Source of the DNA: a virus | Lineage: Duplodnaviria > Caudoviricetes | Strand: one strand, 5' to 3' | Virus record (IMG/VR): IMGVR_UViG_3300027780_000050 | Span: 1 to 29,182 of that record | Length of the DNA: 29,182 bases | Shown: piece after piece, positions 8,580-17,803 of the stretch | Numbering within the stretch: the stretch's first letter is position 1 | How the letters are laid out: every line of letters begins with the position of its first letter | The notes under the pieces: generated by a model | Seen by the model: the letters and a program-made list of their open reading frames with translations, nothing else | Told to the model about the DNA's origin: nothing | Database searches by the model: none | Translations under genes and position numbers: made by a program

Positions 8580-10282
8580 TTAATTTTAAATATGTGAGAT
8601 TTAAGAATTTTTTAAGCACGGGCAATCGATTTACAGAAATACAATTAGATAGAAGCCCAACAACACTTATCATTGGTGAAAATGGTGCAGGAAAATCTAC
8701 TGTCCTTGATGCATTATGTTTTGGATTATTTGGTAAACCATTTCGTTCTATTAGTAAAAATCAATTGGTAAACTCTATCAATAATTCAGCTGCAATTGTA
8801 GAAGTTGAGTTTTCTATTGGTTCAATAAAATACAAAGTTATTCGTGGTATTAAACCAAATAAATTTGAGATTTACAAGAACGGTAAAATGCTTAACCAAG
8901 AAGCAAATGTTCGTGACTACCAGAAGATTTTAGAACAACAGATTCTAAAATTAAACTATGGTTCTTTCACACAAGTTGTGATACTTGGTAGTTCTACGTT
9001 TGTGCCTTTTATGCAATTGAAGGCTAGACACCGTAGAGAAGTTGTTGAAGAAATACTCGACATTCAAATCTTCTCGACAATGAATATGATTCTGAAACAA
9101 AAACTAAAAACTGTGTTTGACGATATTCGCGATATTGAATATCAATACAATCTCGGCATCGAAAAGATTAGTCTACAAGAAAATCTCATTGCAGATTTAC
9201 AAGACAATAAAGATAAGATTATCAAACAAAAACAAGATTTGATTAACAACAATGAAGAAGAAATATTTACGAGAAATAAAGAAAAAACTGATTTGCAACT
9301 TTTAGATGAAAAATTATTAAAAACAATATCAGATAAGGCTTCTGTTGAAACTAAACTTTCTAAACTAAAAGAAATAAAAGCTACACTAAATGAAAAACAC
9401 AAGTCACACTCGAAAATAATTGCGTTCTTTGAAACTAATGAAGACTGCCCTACCTGCCAACAACATATTGATGAAGCATTTAAAGAAGGTATTGTTACAT
9501 CTAAAAGTTCTGATATTGAAGAACTACAATTTGGTATGGGCAAATTAAAAGAAGAATTACTCAAAGCTTCTGATAGAGCAAATGAGATTAAAAACATTAC
9601 TAGTGATATTAGAAGCAACTCTGTTAAACTTGCAACAATACAACAATCTATTGTAGAACTAGAAAAGTTTAATGTTAAACTTCAAACAGAAATTGAACAC
9701 TTTGTTAAAGATGGTGTTGGCCAATCAGACCTTGACAGACTATCAGAATTAAAGTCTGACACTAAAGAAATAAGTAATCGCAGAACTAAGTTGCGTGAAG
9801 ATAAAACTTATTTTGAAGCATCAAAAAGTATGTTGACGGATACTGGTATTAAAACTAAAATCATTAAACAATATTTACCTATAATGAACAAGTTGATCAA
9901 TAAATATCTCACATCAATGGAGTTCTATGTAAACTTTACGCTTGATGAAAACTTTGAAGAAACCATAAAGTCAAGACATCGTGATGAATTCTCATATGCA
10001 TCATTTAGTGAAGGTGAGAAAATGCGCATTGACCTTGCACTACTCTTTACTTGGAGAGCTATTGCAAAGATGAAAAATTCAACGAATACAAATTTACTTA
10101 TCTTAGATGAGATATTCGATAGTTCACTTGATGGTACAGGAACAGATGAGTTCTTAAAAATATTGAATACATTGAGTGGAGAAAATGTATTTGTAATCAG
10201 TCATAAACAAGATGCGCTTGCTGATAAGTTTAGAAAAACAATTAAATTTATTAAAGAGCAAAATTTTAGCCATATAAAATAA
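8576..10282 (+). CDS. gp46: Recombination ATPase gp46 (Rad50/SbcC-like)
   Basis: Walker A GENGAGKST, CPTC zinc hook, FSEGE signature, LILDE Walker B, ISH switch. Confidence 0.96.
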   Translation: MINFKYVRFKNFLSTGNRFTEIQLDRSPTTLIIGENGAGKSTVLDALCFGLFGKPFRSISKNQLVNSINNSAAIVEVEFSIGSIKYKVIRGIKPNKFEIYKNGKMLNQEANVRDYQKILEQQILKLNYGSFTQVVILGSSTFVPFMQLKARHRREVVEEILDIQIFSTMNMILKQKLKTVFDDIRDIEYQYNLGIEKISLQENLIADLQDNKDKIIKQKQDLINNNEEEIFTRNKEKTDLQLLDEKLLKTISDKASVETKLSKLKEIKATLNEKHKSHSKIIAFFETNEDCPTCQQHIDEAFKEGIVTSKSSDIEELQFGMGKLKEELLKASDRANEIKNITSDIRSNSVKLATIQQSIVELEKFNVKLQTEIEHFVKDGVGQSDLDRLSELKSDTKEISNRRTKLREDKTYFEASKSMLTDTGIKTKIIKQYLPIMNKLINKYLTSMEFYVNFTLDENFEETIKSRHRDEFSYASFSEGEKMRIDLALLFTWRAIAKMKNSTNTNLLILDEIFDSSLDGTGTDEFLKILNTLSGENVFVISHKQDALADKFRKTIKFIKEQNFSHIK

Positions 10283-10285
10283 TAA

Positions 10286-10343
10286 AGCCCTTGACTTTCC
10301 ATTTTACCTATGGTATTATAGCTATAGAAAATGAGAAAAGAGA
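10286..10343 (+). repeat. 58-bp promoter/leader module, copy 1
   Basis: 54/58 identical to 12595-12652 by manual alignment. Confidence 0.9.
10291..10319 (+). promoter_or_regulatory. sigma70-type early promoter (extended -10)
   Basis: TTGACT-17 bp-TATTAT preceded by TGn. Confidence 0.8.
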
Positions 10344-10349
10344 AGAGTT

Positions 10350-12596
10350 ATGAGAGACTTATCCACCATTGCAAAACTACTTGCTGAAGAAGATATTTTT
10401 GTACAAAACAAAAATCAATCTACAGCATCGTTTGATGTTAAAAATCGTGTACTTTCACTTCCTATTTGGAAGGAAATGTCTAAACCAATTCAAGAGTTAA
10501 TGACTATCCACGAAGTAGGTCATGCCCTAGAAACACCACTATCACAATTAGAACAAGCTGAAAAAGACAATATAGAGTTTTCAGTATTAAATGTTTTAGA
10601 AGATGTTCGTATTGAAAAATCTGTTCAAAAGAAATATCCCGGCTCTGTTCGTATTTTCAAAAAAGGTTATCAAGAACTGATTTCCATGAATTTCTTTGGA
10701 ACTAAAGAACTTAATATTTCTGAACTTAATCTTATTGATAGAATCAATCTGCATTATAAACATCATTCAGATATTCCTTTTTCTATTGATGAAAATGTTT
10801 GGGTACAAAAAGCAAACCAAACTGTAACTCCTGATGATGTTTTAAACCTTGCAAAAGAAATCATTGATTTTGTTGGAAACAACCCAGAAAGTCAGTCTAA
10901 ATCACCCTCTCAAGACGATATAGAGGGTGCTAAAGAGATGGTAGAGGGTAACACCAACTCACAAGATGATGAAAATCAAAGTGATGATTTTGATACATCA
11001 AACAGTCCTTCAGCAGAAAATGAAACAAAAGATTCTAATTCTGATTCAACAAAATCAGATGATACTGATGATGTTAAACCAGAGGAAAAACAAACAGTTG
11101 CTCAAAATCAAGCTAAAGGCAGTGATACTTCTGACACTAAAGAAATAATTTCTGTTACAGATATTACCTCTAGAGGTTCAGTTAAAAATTTATTGTCTGA
11201 TGCTACTAATGATATTACTTATGCTTCTATTCCTAAGTTAATTATGAAAAATGTAATTGTTCCCAACAAAGAAATATTAGAAATTTTCAATGAACATTAT
11301 ACTCAACAAATGGAGAAGCGTGATACAAAGTATTACGATGCTACACGATGCGAACTCGAAAAACTTAAAAAGGAAAGTAAAAAAACTGTTGCATATATGG
11401 TCAAAGAATTTGAAATGAAAAAAAGTGCTGATCTCTATTCACGTTCATCTACTTCAAAAACAGGTTCGCTTGATATGGGTAAGTTGCACACTTACAAATA
11501 TAATGATGATCTGTTTGCAAAGATTACTACTTTGCCTGGCGAAACTAATCATGGTTTAGTTCTATTCCTAGATTGGTCTGGTTCAATGGCAAGTAATCTT
11601 ACTGGCACTTTAAATCAACTTTACAATATTATTTGGTTTTGCAATCGCACACAAATTCCTTTTGAAGTTTTTGCTTTCAGTAATAATTCATTACTTCAAA
11701 ATGATGAACGCCCAAACCAAAAATTTAAATCTGAAGATTTGTCTATCCCAGAGTTAAAATTGCTTCAATTCTTTTCAAATAAAATGTCTTTATCTGACCA
11801 GAATACTATGATGCACAATCTTTATATGACCGCCTTTCGCTGGACATATATGGTAGATGAAAATGACCATAGTATTGGTAGATATGAGTCTCCGATGAAA
11901 ATGGAATTAAACAGCACTCCATTAAACGATACAATAATTGCCGCAATGGATTTAGTTCCTGCATTTCAAAAAAAGTCTGGTATTCAGAAAACTCATATTG
12001 TTTTTTTGACTGATGGTGCAAGCAACGAAATAAGGAACAAATTTACTATCAAAACAGATACAACTGGCGAAGATTTTGAATCTGTAGATAGAGATTTTTG
12101 TCCGTACTATTATAATAGCTACAGAGCTGACGTCAATGCAAATCAAAATGTTTATTTTGATCCCATAACAAATGCCAGAGTAAATTCTAAAGATATTACT
12201 GGTCGGAATGTTCAGACCAAGTGTCTTCTAAAACTTCTCAAAAAAAGATGTCCAGAGGCCTCTATTGTAAATTTCTTCGTTGCTGGAGAAGGACGCAATG
12301 GTTTAGTAAGAAGCAAGATATTCCAAGATATTGTCGGGTATGAGTGGGAGCACGAAGATTTAATAAAAAATTACAGAAAAACTTTAAGAAAAGATAATTT
12401 TGTTTCGATCGAAGGCGGTCAAGGGTTCGATACTATTTACATTTTGCCCGGCATGAATGACCTAGATATGGACTCAGAGCTTGAAGTTGAAGTAGGTGCT
12501 TCTAAATCAGAACTTAAAAAAGCATTCAAGCAAATGTCTAACAAGAAAATGCTGAACCGACCATTGCTAAATAATTTCATAAAAATGGTTGCTTAG
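10350..12596 (+). CDS. HEXXH peptidase-like/VWA domain protein (CobT-like partner of MoxR ATPase)
   Basis: HEVGH and NVLED.RIE in N-domain, acidic low-complexity linker, MIDAS LDWSGSM...STPL...FLTDG in C-domain. Confidence 0.82.
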   Translation: MRDLSTIAKLLAEEDIFVQNKNQSTASFDVKNRVLSLPIWKEMSKPIQELMTIHEVGHALETPLSQLEQAEKDNIEFSVLNVLEDVRIEKSVQKKYPGSVRIFKKGYQELISMNFFGTKELNISELNLIDRINLHYKHHSDIPFSIDENVWVQKANQTVTPDDVLNLAKEIIDFVGNNPESQSKSPSQDDIEGAKEMVEGNTNSQDDENQSDDFDTSNSPSAENETKDSNSDSTKSDDTDDVKPEEKQTVAQNQAKGSDTSDTKEIISVTDITSRGSVKNLLSDATNDITYASIPKLIMKNVIVPNKEILEIFNEHYTQQMEKRDTKYYDATRCELEKLKKESKKTVAYMVKEFEMKKSADLYSRSSTSKTGSLDMGKLHTYKYNDDLFAKITTLPGETNHGLVLFLDWSGSMASNLTGTLNQLYNIIWFCNRTQIPFEVFAFSNNSLLQNDERPNQKFKSEDLSIPELKLLQFFSNKMSLSDQNTMMHNLYMTAFRWTYMVDENDHSIGRYESPMKMELNSTPLNDTIIAAMDLVPAFQKKSGIQKTHIVFLTDGASNEIRNKFTIKTDTTGEDFESVDRDFCPYYYNSYRADVNANQNVYFDPITNARVNSKDITGRNVQTKCLLKLLKKRCPEASIVNFFVAGEGRNGLVRSKIFQDIVGYEWEHEDLIKNYRKTLRKDNFVSIEGGQGFDTIYILPGMNDLDMDSELEVEVGASKSELKKAFKQMSNKKMLNRPLLNNFIKMVA

Positions 12597-12652
12597 CCCT
12601 TGACATTCCACTTTACCTATGTTATTATAGCTACAGAAAATGAGAAAAGAGA
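12595..12652 (+). repeat. 58-bp promoter/leader module, copy 2 (contains TTGACA-17-TGnTATTAT, 12600-12628)
   Basis: Near-identical to 10286-10343; sigma70 promoter inside. Confidence 0.9.
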
Positions 12653-12661
12653 GAGTATATT

Positions 12662-13804
12662 ATGATTACATTTACACCAAAAAAGCAATTATTTGTTGAT
12701 GCTGCTATAGAAATGTTTGGTTCGGGTTCTACTTTGACCAATCAACAAGTTGTTGATGCTTCTAAGTCTGCTGGTGTTCCAAAAGCTGGTTGGTTTAAGA
12801 AAAAATATAAAGTGGGCCATAACCAATTTAAGTTACCATTAGAGGCGGCTCCATCTCCTGCAACTATAACTGTTTCAGAAACTTCTAATGAGAATACTGT
12901 GTTGAATTTGATAGCAACTAATATGGAAAGACAGAATCTAATTCCTGCTCCCTTTGAAAATTTTATTCCTTGGGGTCATTTCAAGACAATCAAGCAGATA
13001 GCTAAGTCTGGTTTATTTTATCCTGTGTTTGTTACTGGCTTATCAGGTAATGGTAAAACTTTAATGATCGAACAAATTCACTCTGATATGAATAAAGAAC
13101 TTATTCGTGTTAATATTACAATCGAAACTGATGAAGATGATTTACTTGGTGGTTTTCGTTTAGTGAATGGTGAAACTAAGTTTGTGCCAGGCCCTGTAAT
13201 CGAAGCAATGGAACGTGGTTGTACTTTACTTCTTGACGAGTGTGATCTTGGTTCTAACAAATTAATGTGTCTGCAACCTGTCCTTGAAGGTAAAGGTGTT
13301 TATCTTAAAAAAGTAAACAAGTGGGTTACTCCTAAAGATGGTTTTAATGTGATGGCAACTGCTAACACTAAAGGTAAAGGCTCTGAGGATGGACGCTTTA
13401 TTGGAACCAACATTCTAAACGAAGCATTTCTTGAAAGATTTGCAATCACTATTGAACAACCATACGCTTCTGCTGCAACTGAGAAAAAAATCATTGTCGG
13501 TTCTATGAAAAAGAATGGTGCTGTTGATGAAGACTTTGCAGACAATCTAGTAACTTGGGCAGAAGTAATTCGCAAAACTTTTTATGATGGTGGTGTTGAT
13601 GAACTTATCTCAACTCGCCGTTTAGATCACATTGTGAAAGCTTATGCAATCTTTAAAGACAAGTCTAAAGCAATCGAATTGTGTGTTTCCAGATTTGATG
13701 AAGATACTAAAGATTCATTTTTAGACCTTTATTCTAAAATTGATGCTGGTATAAATCCTTTAGACGAGGAACAAACATCTGAAAATAATGATGAATTATT
13801 TTAA
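12662..13804 (+). CDS. cobS: MoxR/CobS-family AAA+ ATPase
   Basis: Walker A GLSGNGKT, ETDEDDLLGG, Walker B LLLDE, ATANTKGKG, NEAFLERF, ISTRRL. Confidence 0.88.
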   Translation: MITFTPKKQLFVDAAIEMFGSGSTLTNQQVVDASKSAGVPKAGWFKKKYKVGHNQFKLPLEAAPSPATITVSETSNENTVLNLIATNMERQNLIPAPFENFIPWGHFKTIKQIAKSGLFYPVFVTGLSGNGKTLMIEQIHSDMNKELIRVNITIETDEDDLLGGFRLVNGETKFVPGPVIEAMERGCTLLLDECDLGSNKLMCLQPVLEGKGVYLKKVNKWVTPKDGFNVMATANTKGKGSEDGRFIGTNILNEAFLERFAITIEQPYASAATEKKIIVGSMKKNGAVDEDFADNLVTWAEVIRKTFYDGGVDELISTRRLDHIVKAYAIFKDKSKAIELCVSRFDEDTKDSFLDLYSKIDAGINPLDEEQTSENNDELF

Positions 13805-13812
13805 AAGGAGAT
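13795..13812 (+). repeat. 18-bp RBS-containing direct repeat, copy 1
   Basis: ATTATTTTAAAAGGAGAT, identical at 14215-14232. Confidence 0.8.
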
Positions 13813-13815
13813 AAT

Positions 13816-14211
13816 ATGAAAAAACAAAATTTCTTCAAAAGAATGATAATGCTCTCCGTATCGTTGTGGAGAGTTGTTATGAATGTGAAATATAATCCAT
13901 TAAAATATGTTCCTTGTCCAAAATTACAAGCTTATTTTATGTTAGTTTTGTTTATGATCTGGAGTGTATTTTTTGGGTTTATTGCTTCAGTTCATTTAGG
14001 GTTAGTGAATTACAGCACTGTAGCAAGTATAATTATTCATCTATCTGTGATTGTGCCTTTAGTTATAACAAATGCAGTATTCGTAGATGCAGAACGCGAT
14101 GGCCACAAATGGTTAATTGAGTGGAAAAAAGAACAGTCAAGATATAAAATATTTGCAAATCGTTTAAAAACAAAAAATATTGTTATTTGGAATCCAGATA
14201 TAGAAGGTTAA
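13816..14211 (+). CDS. Hypothetical membrane protein (about 2 TM helices)
   Basis: Hydrophobic segments YFMLVLFMIWSVFFGFIASV and VASIIIHLSVIVPLVITNAVF; strong SD. Confidence 0.72.
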   Translation: MKKQNFFKRMIMLSVSLWRVVMNVKYNPLKYVPCPKLQAYFMLVLFMIWSVFFGFIASVHLGLVNYSTVASIIIHLSVIVPLVITNAVFVDAERDGHKWLIEWKKEQSRYKIFANRLKTKNIVIWNPDIEG

Positions 14212-14214
14212 AAT

Positions 14215-14232
14215 ATTATTTTAAAAGGAGAT
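14215..14232 (+). repeat. 18-bp RBS-containing direct repeat, copy 2
   Basis: Identical to 13795-13812. Confidence 0.8.
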
Positions 14233-14240
14233 TATAAAGA

Positions 14241-14789
14241 ATGAATAAAGAAGAAGTACAAGGTGTAGACTTTGGTTTTATTAAAGAAGTAGAAGGGTAT
14301 AAAACTACTGGCTATGTTCCTAAAAATGATGGGATAGTTTTAGGTAAATCAGGAGTTACTATAGCGTCTGGTTTTGACTTAGGTCAACGTGGTATTCAAG
14401 ACCTAGCTGGTTTACCAGAAGGGTTAGTAACTAAACTAGCCCCTTACCTAAGTTTAAAAGGTAAAGATGCAGATACTATAGCGTCTAACCTAGAAATATC
14501 TAAAGAAGAAGCAGATATAATTAATGAGTTTGCTAAACAAGAAGCAATGAGTAAATTATCTCGTCAATGGATGGATACTACTAGTACTAACTTTGAAAAC
14601 TTACCTTCTAATAAACAAACAGCAGTAGCTTCAGTGGCTTTCCAATATGGTGACTTAGCTAAAAAAACACCTAATTTTTGGAAACAAGTAACAGGTGGTG
14701 ATTGGGGTGCAGCAAAAAGAAACCTACTAGACTTTCAAGACAAATACCCTACAAGAAGAAAAAAAGAGGCTGCGCTATTAGATGACTAG
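14241..14789 (+). CDS. Pesticin C-terminal-like muramidase (lysozyme)
   Basis: FIKEVEG...GYVP...SGVTIASGFDLGQ, QTAVASVAFQYG, TPNFW, YPTRRKKEA pattern of the pesticin/T4-lysozyme-like fold. Confidence 0.82.
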   Translation: MNKEEVQGVDFGFIKEVEGYKTTGYVPKNDGIVLGKSGVTIASGFDLGQRGIQDLAGLPEGLVTKLAPYLSLKGKDADTIASNLEISKEEADIINEFAKQEAMSKLSRQWMDTTSTNFENLPSNKQTAVASVAFQYGDLAKKTPNFWKQVTGGDWGAAKRNLLDFQDKYPTRRKKEAALLDD

Positions 14790-14808
14790 ATGTAAGAGTT
14801 ACAATCCT

Positions 14809-14816
14809 TATAAATA
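14809..14816 (+). promoter_or_regulatory. T4-type late promoter for hsp20
   Basis: Exact TATAAATA; predicted +1 near 14822, the start of the 5' UTR hairpin. Confidence 0.8.
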
Positions 14817-14821
14817 ATAAG

Positions 14822-14874
14822 GTGATGCCGTAAAGGGTCACACACAATAATCTTGCTTAAATTTAAAAGGAGAT
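14822..14874 (+). ncRNA. Putative ROSE-like RNA thermometer in hsp20 5' UTR
   Basis: Hairpin 1 GTGAT(G)CC-GTAAA-GGGTCAC; hairpin 2 ATCTT(G)CTT-8 nt-AAGGAGAT pairs UUGCU with the SD, leaving a bulged G. Confidence 0.68.
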
Positions 14875-14881
14875 AACTATT

Positions 14882-15328
14882 ATGGTTACAAGCAAAAATA
14901 TTAGTATGAGTTTATTAGAACAAGTGGCTGCACTCAGTCCTTACACTGTAGGTTTTGAAAGGCAATTTAGTCGATTAAAAGACTTCGAGAGTTTACAAAA
15001 ACAAACTACAGGATACCCACCTTATAACATTCGCAAAGTAGACGACTACATTCATGTCATTGAACTTGCCTTAGCAGGCTTCAGTAAAGATGATGTAGAA
15101 GTTGAAATTGCAGATGGCAAACTAACTATTCGTTCTGTAAAAGAAAGTGATGCTGAAGATGATGGAACAATTCATCGTGGCATTTCTTATAGAAAGTTCA
15201 GTCGTCAGTTTACACTTGCTGATGATATTGTAGTTAATGGTGCGTCATTAAATAATGGTCTTTTGACTGTTACTTTGGAACAAATTGTTCCAGAGGAAAA
15301 GAAACCAAGACTTATTGAAGTGAAGTAA
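14882..15328 (+). CDS. hsp20: Small heat-shock protein Hsp20 (IbpA-like)
   Basis: GYPPYNI, IELALAGF, HRGISYRKFSRQFTLAD, NGLLTV. Confidence 0.95.
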   Translation: MVTSKNISMSLLEQVAALSPYTVGFERQFSRLKDFESLQKQTTGYPPYNIRKVDDYIHVIELALAGFSKDDVEVEIADGKLTIRSVKESDAEDDGTIHRGISYRKFSRQFTLADDIVVNGASLNNGLLTVTLEQIVPEEKKPRLIEVK

Positions 15329-15334
15329 AAAAAT

Positions 15335-15370
15335 CAGAAATGGGGTTGACAACAGCCCCATTTCTGTGTT
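15335..15370 (+). terminator. Strong hairpin/likely terminator after hsp20
   Basis: CAGAAATGGGGTTG-ACAA-CAGCCCCATTTCTG 14-bp stem with one G-U; U-tract imperfect. Confidence 0.7.
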
Positions 15371-15375
15371 ACTAT
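15346..15375 (+). promoter_or_regulatory. sigma70-type promoter overlapping the hairpin
   Basis: TTGACA (15346-15351)-18 bp-TACTAT with TGn extension. Confidence 0.65.
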
Positions 15376-15409
15376 AGATGGAACAAATTGATAAAGGTTA
15401 TTAAATATT

Positions 15410-16456
15410 ATGGCAGAAATATATGACTTAAATTCTGGAGAATTAAAAGATGGTGCGGTGGCTGAAAAATCCAAAGACGGCCAATATATCATACCACCAT
15501 GTACTCCAGAAGAATGGGAAACCATTGTACCTACCGAAAATGATTTTAAACATGTAAAGCGTGTAAACAAAAAGACTCTGGCAGAAATGTCAGAAGAAGA
15601 TATTCTGTTTGAAGCTAAAACAAAACGATATAGAAAAAACTTTGCACAACGTCATAGAAGTGTTTATGAAGAACACGAAACGAATGGCACATTAGATCAA
15701 CTTCCAATAGACAATATGTTTCACCCACAAACTACAGGCGCACCTATACCAGCAAAACAAGGTACAAGTTTAGGAATTGTAATGCGACCACAACTTGCAT
15801 TTAACATGATGAAAGTGGATATCCCAATTGATGTAATTAATGATATCAATGAGCATATTGAACAAACACTTATTCCAGAAGATAAAGATTTTTCCAAAAA
15901 TTTAGTTGGTCAAATTAATCGTGACAAAAAATCGAAGCAATTAGAGTTTCCCCACGAAAATTCTGATGTTGGTGAACTGTTGGGTGGTTTAATTCAAACT
16001 CTTGGCAATACCTACATGAGTAATGTACGAAAAGATGAATGTTATAAAACAGAAATGGATAGTATGTGGACAGTACATAGTTATGAAGGCGACTATAATC
16101 CTTTACACGATCATGGTACTAAAACACCTATTGGACTGTCATGTATTCTATATCTGAAAGTACCAGACCAAATTGCAGCTCTTCCAAATCCTACTGAAGA
16201 ATTTGGTGGACTAAATGGTTCAAGTGGTGCAATAGATGGATTTACATATTTCAATTGGGGTACTCATGGTATGCGTGATTTTAATATGTTAAGACCAGCA
16301 ACTGAAGAATATGTAAAACCAGAAGTTGGAACTTTACTTATGTTTCCGTCATGGTTAAGACATTCAGTAAATCCATTCTTTGGAAAAGGTGAACGCAGAA
16401 CTTTATCTGCTAATTTGAATGTAAACAAATTTGAAGAACTTGAGGACAAAATTTAA
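15410..16456 (+). CDS. Putative 2OG-Fe(II) oxygenase (HxH type) with N-terminal extension
   Basis: W...GDYNPLHDH...[37 protein letters not shown]. Confidence 0.8.
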   Translation: MAEIYDLNSGELKDGAVAEKSKDGQYIIPPCTPEEWETIVPTENDFKHVKRVNKKTLAEMSEEDILFEAKTKRYRKNFAQRHRSVYEEHETNGTLDQLPIDNMFHPQTTGAPIPAKQGTSLGIVMRPQLAFNMMKVDIPIDVINDINEHIEQTLIPEDKDFSKNLVGQINRDKKSKQLEFPHENSDVGELLGGLIQTLGNTYMSNVRKDECYKTEMDSMWTVHSYEGDYNPLHDHGTKTPIGLSCILYLKVPDQIAALPNPTEEFGGLNGSSGAIDGFTYFNWGTHGMRDFNMLRPATEEYVKPEVGTLLMFPSWLRHSVNPFFGKGERRTLSANLNVNKFEELEDKI

Positions 16457-17517
16457 TGAGTGATTTTTTAAAAGACATAATTAAACAAACAGGCAACGAA
16501 TATGCATCACTAGTCAGTGATGGTGTAGAAGCAGGAGATTGCAATTCGTTTATTGATACTGGAAGTTATATTTTCAATGCATTACTTTCTGGTAGTATCT
16601 ATGGTGGATTACCTGACAATAAGATTACAGCAATAGCTGGTGAGTCAGCAACAGGTAAAACTTTCTTCGTGATGGGAATGTGTAAATCTTTTCTTGATGC
16701 AAATCCAGATGCAGGAGTTTTATACTTTGAATCTGAAAGTGCAATTACAAAATCAATGGTAGTCGATAGAGGTATTGATCCTACAAGAATGGTTATCATT
16801 CCTGTAACAACTGTACAAGAATTTAGAACTCAAGCACTCAAAGTGTTAGACTCATATCTTGCAAAGAAAGAATCAGACAGACGACCAATCATGCTTTGTC
16901 TTGACTCTCTAGGAATGTTATCTACCACCAAAGAAGTAGAAGATACTTCTGATGGTAAAGAAACCAGAGATATGACAAGAGCTCAAGTTCTTAAAGCTGC
17001 ATTTAGAGTATTGACTTTGAAACTTGGTAGAGCAAAAGTTCCTATGGTTGTTACTAATCATACATACGACTCAATGGGTTCTATGTTTCCAACTAAAGAA
17101 ATGGGTGGTGGTTCTGGATTGAAATATGCAGCTTCATCTATTATATTCTTATCTAAGAAAAAAGATAAAAATGGTACAGAGGTTGTCGGTAATATTGTTC
17201 ATTGTAAAAACCATAAGTCAAGATTGACTATTGAGAACAAAATGGTTGATGTTCGTTTATCGTATGAAACAGGATTAGACAGATATTATGGATTGCTTGA
17301 ACTTGCAATCAAACATGGTATCTTCAAACAAGTATCAACTCGTATTGAATTACCAGATGGCACTACACAGTTTGGTAAGACGATTAACAACAATCCAGAA
17401 AAATACTTTACAGAAGATGTGATGCAACAGATTGATGACATTGCTAGTAAAGAATTTAAGTATGGTCAAACAGATGTACCTCTAGAAGTTGATGGAGCAA
17501 TTGATGTACAAATATAA
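16456..17517 (+). CDS. uvsX: RecA-like recombinase UvsX
   Basis: [15 protein letters not shown], Walker [28 protein letters not shown]. Confidence 0.95.
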   Translation: MSDFLKDIIKQTGNEYASLVSDGVEAGDCNSFIDTGSYIFNALLSGSIYGGLPDNKITAIAGESATGKTFFVMGMCKSFLDANPDAGVLYFESESAITKSMVVDRGIDPTRMVIIPVTTVQEFRTQALKVLDSYLAKKESDRRPIMLCLDSLGMLSTTKEVEDTSDGKETRDMTRAQVLKAAFRVLTLKLGRAKVPMVVTNHTYDSMGSMFPTKEMGGGSGLKYAASSIIFLSKKKDKNGTEVVGNIVHCKNHKSRLTIENKMVDVRLSYETGLDRYYGLLELAIKHGIFKQVSTRIELPDGTTQFGKTINNNPEKYFTEDVMQQIDDIASKEFKYGQTDVPLEVDGAIDVQI

Positions 17518-17785
17518 TGAAGATGCTACTTTAAATGAATTAAAGAAGTATATTGACTCCACTTATGATGCACACTATAGTAAGGATAAATTCCAAGCTA
17601 CAGAGTTCATTATAGATGGTGGTCATGGTGAAGGTTTTTGTATCGGGAACATACTCAAGTATGCACAACGCTATGGAAAAAAAGATGGCAAGAACCGAAA
17701 GGATTTATTGAAAATAATCCATTATGCAATTATTGCACTGTTTGTCCATGATAAAGAAGGCGAAACTTTAAATAAAATTAAATAA
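17504..17785 (+). CDS. DUF3310-like small protein (T7 gp1.7/nucleotide-kinase-related family)
   Basis: [21 protein letters not shown]...DLLKIIHY; start set at ATG 17504 after SD GGAG. Confidence 0.75.
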   Translation: MYKYNEDATLNELKKYIDSTYDAHYSKDKFQATEFIIDGGHGEGFCIGNILKYAQRYGKKDGKNRKDLLKIIHYAIIALFVHDKEGETLNKIK

Positions 17786-17803
17786 CAACAAAGGAAATAT
17801 ATA

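Noticed and set aside
12662-13804. Cobalamin biosynthesis auxiliary gene
   Set aside because: No cobN or other cob genes in the window; generic MoxR/VWA pair is the better reading
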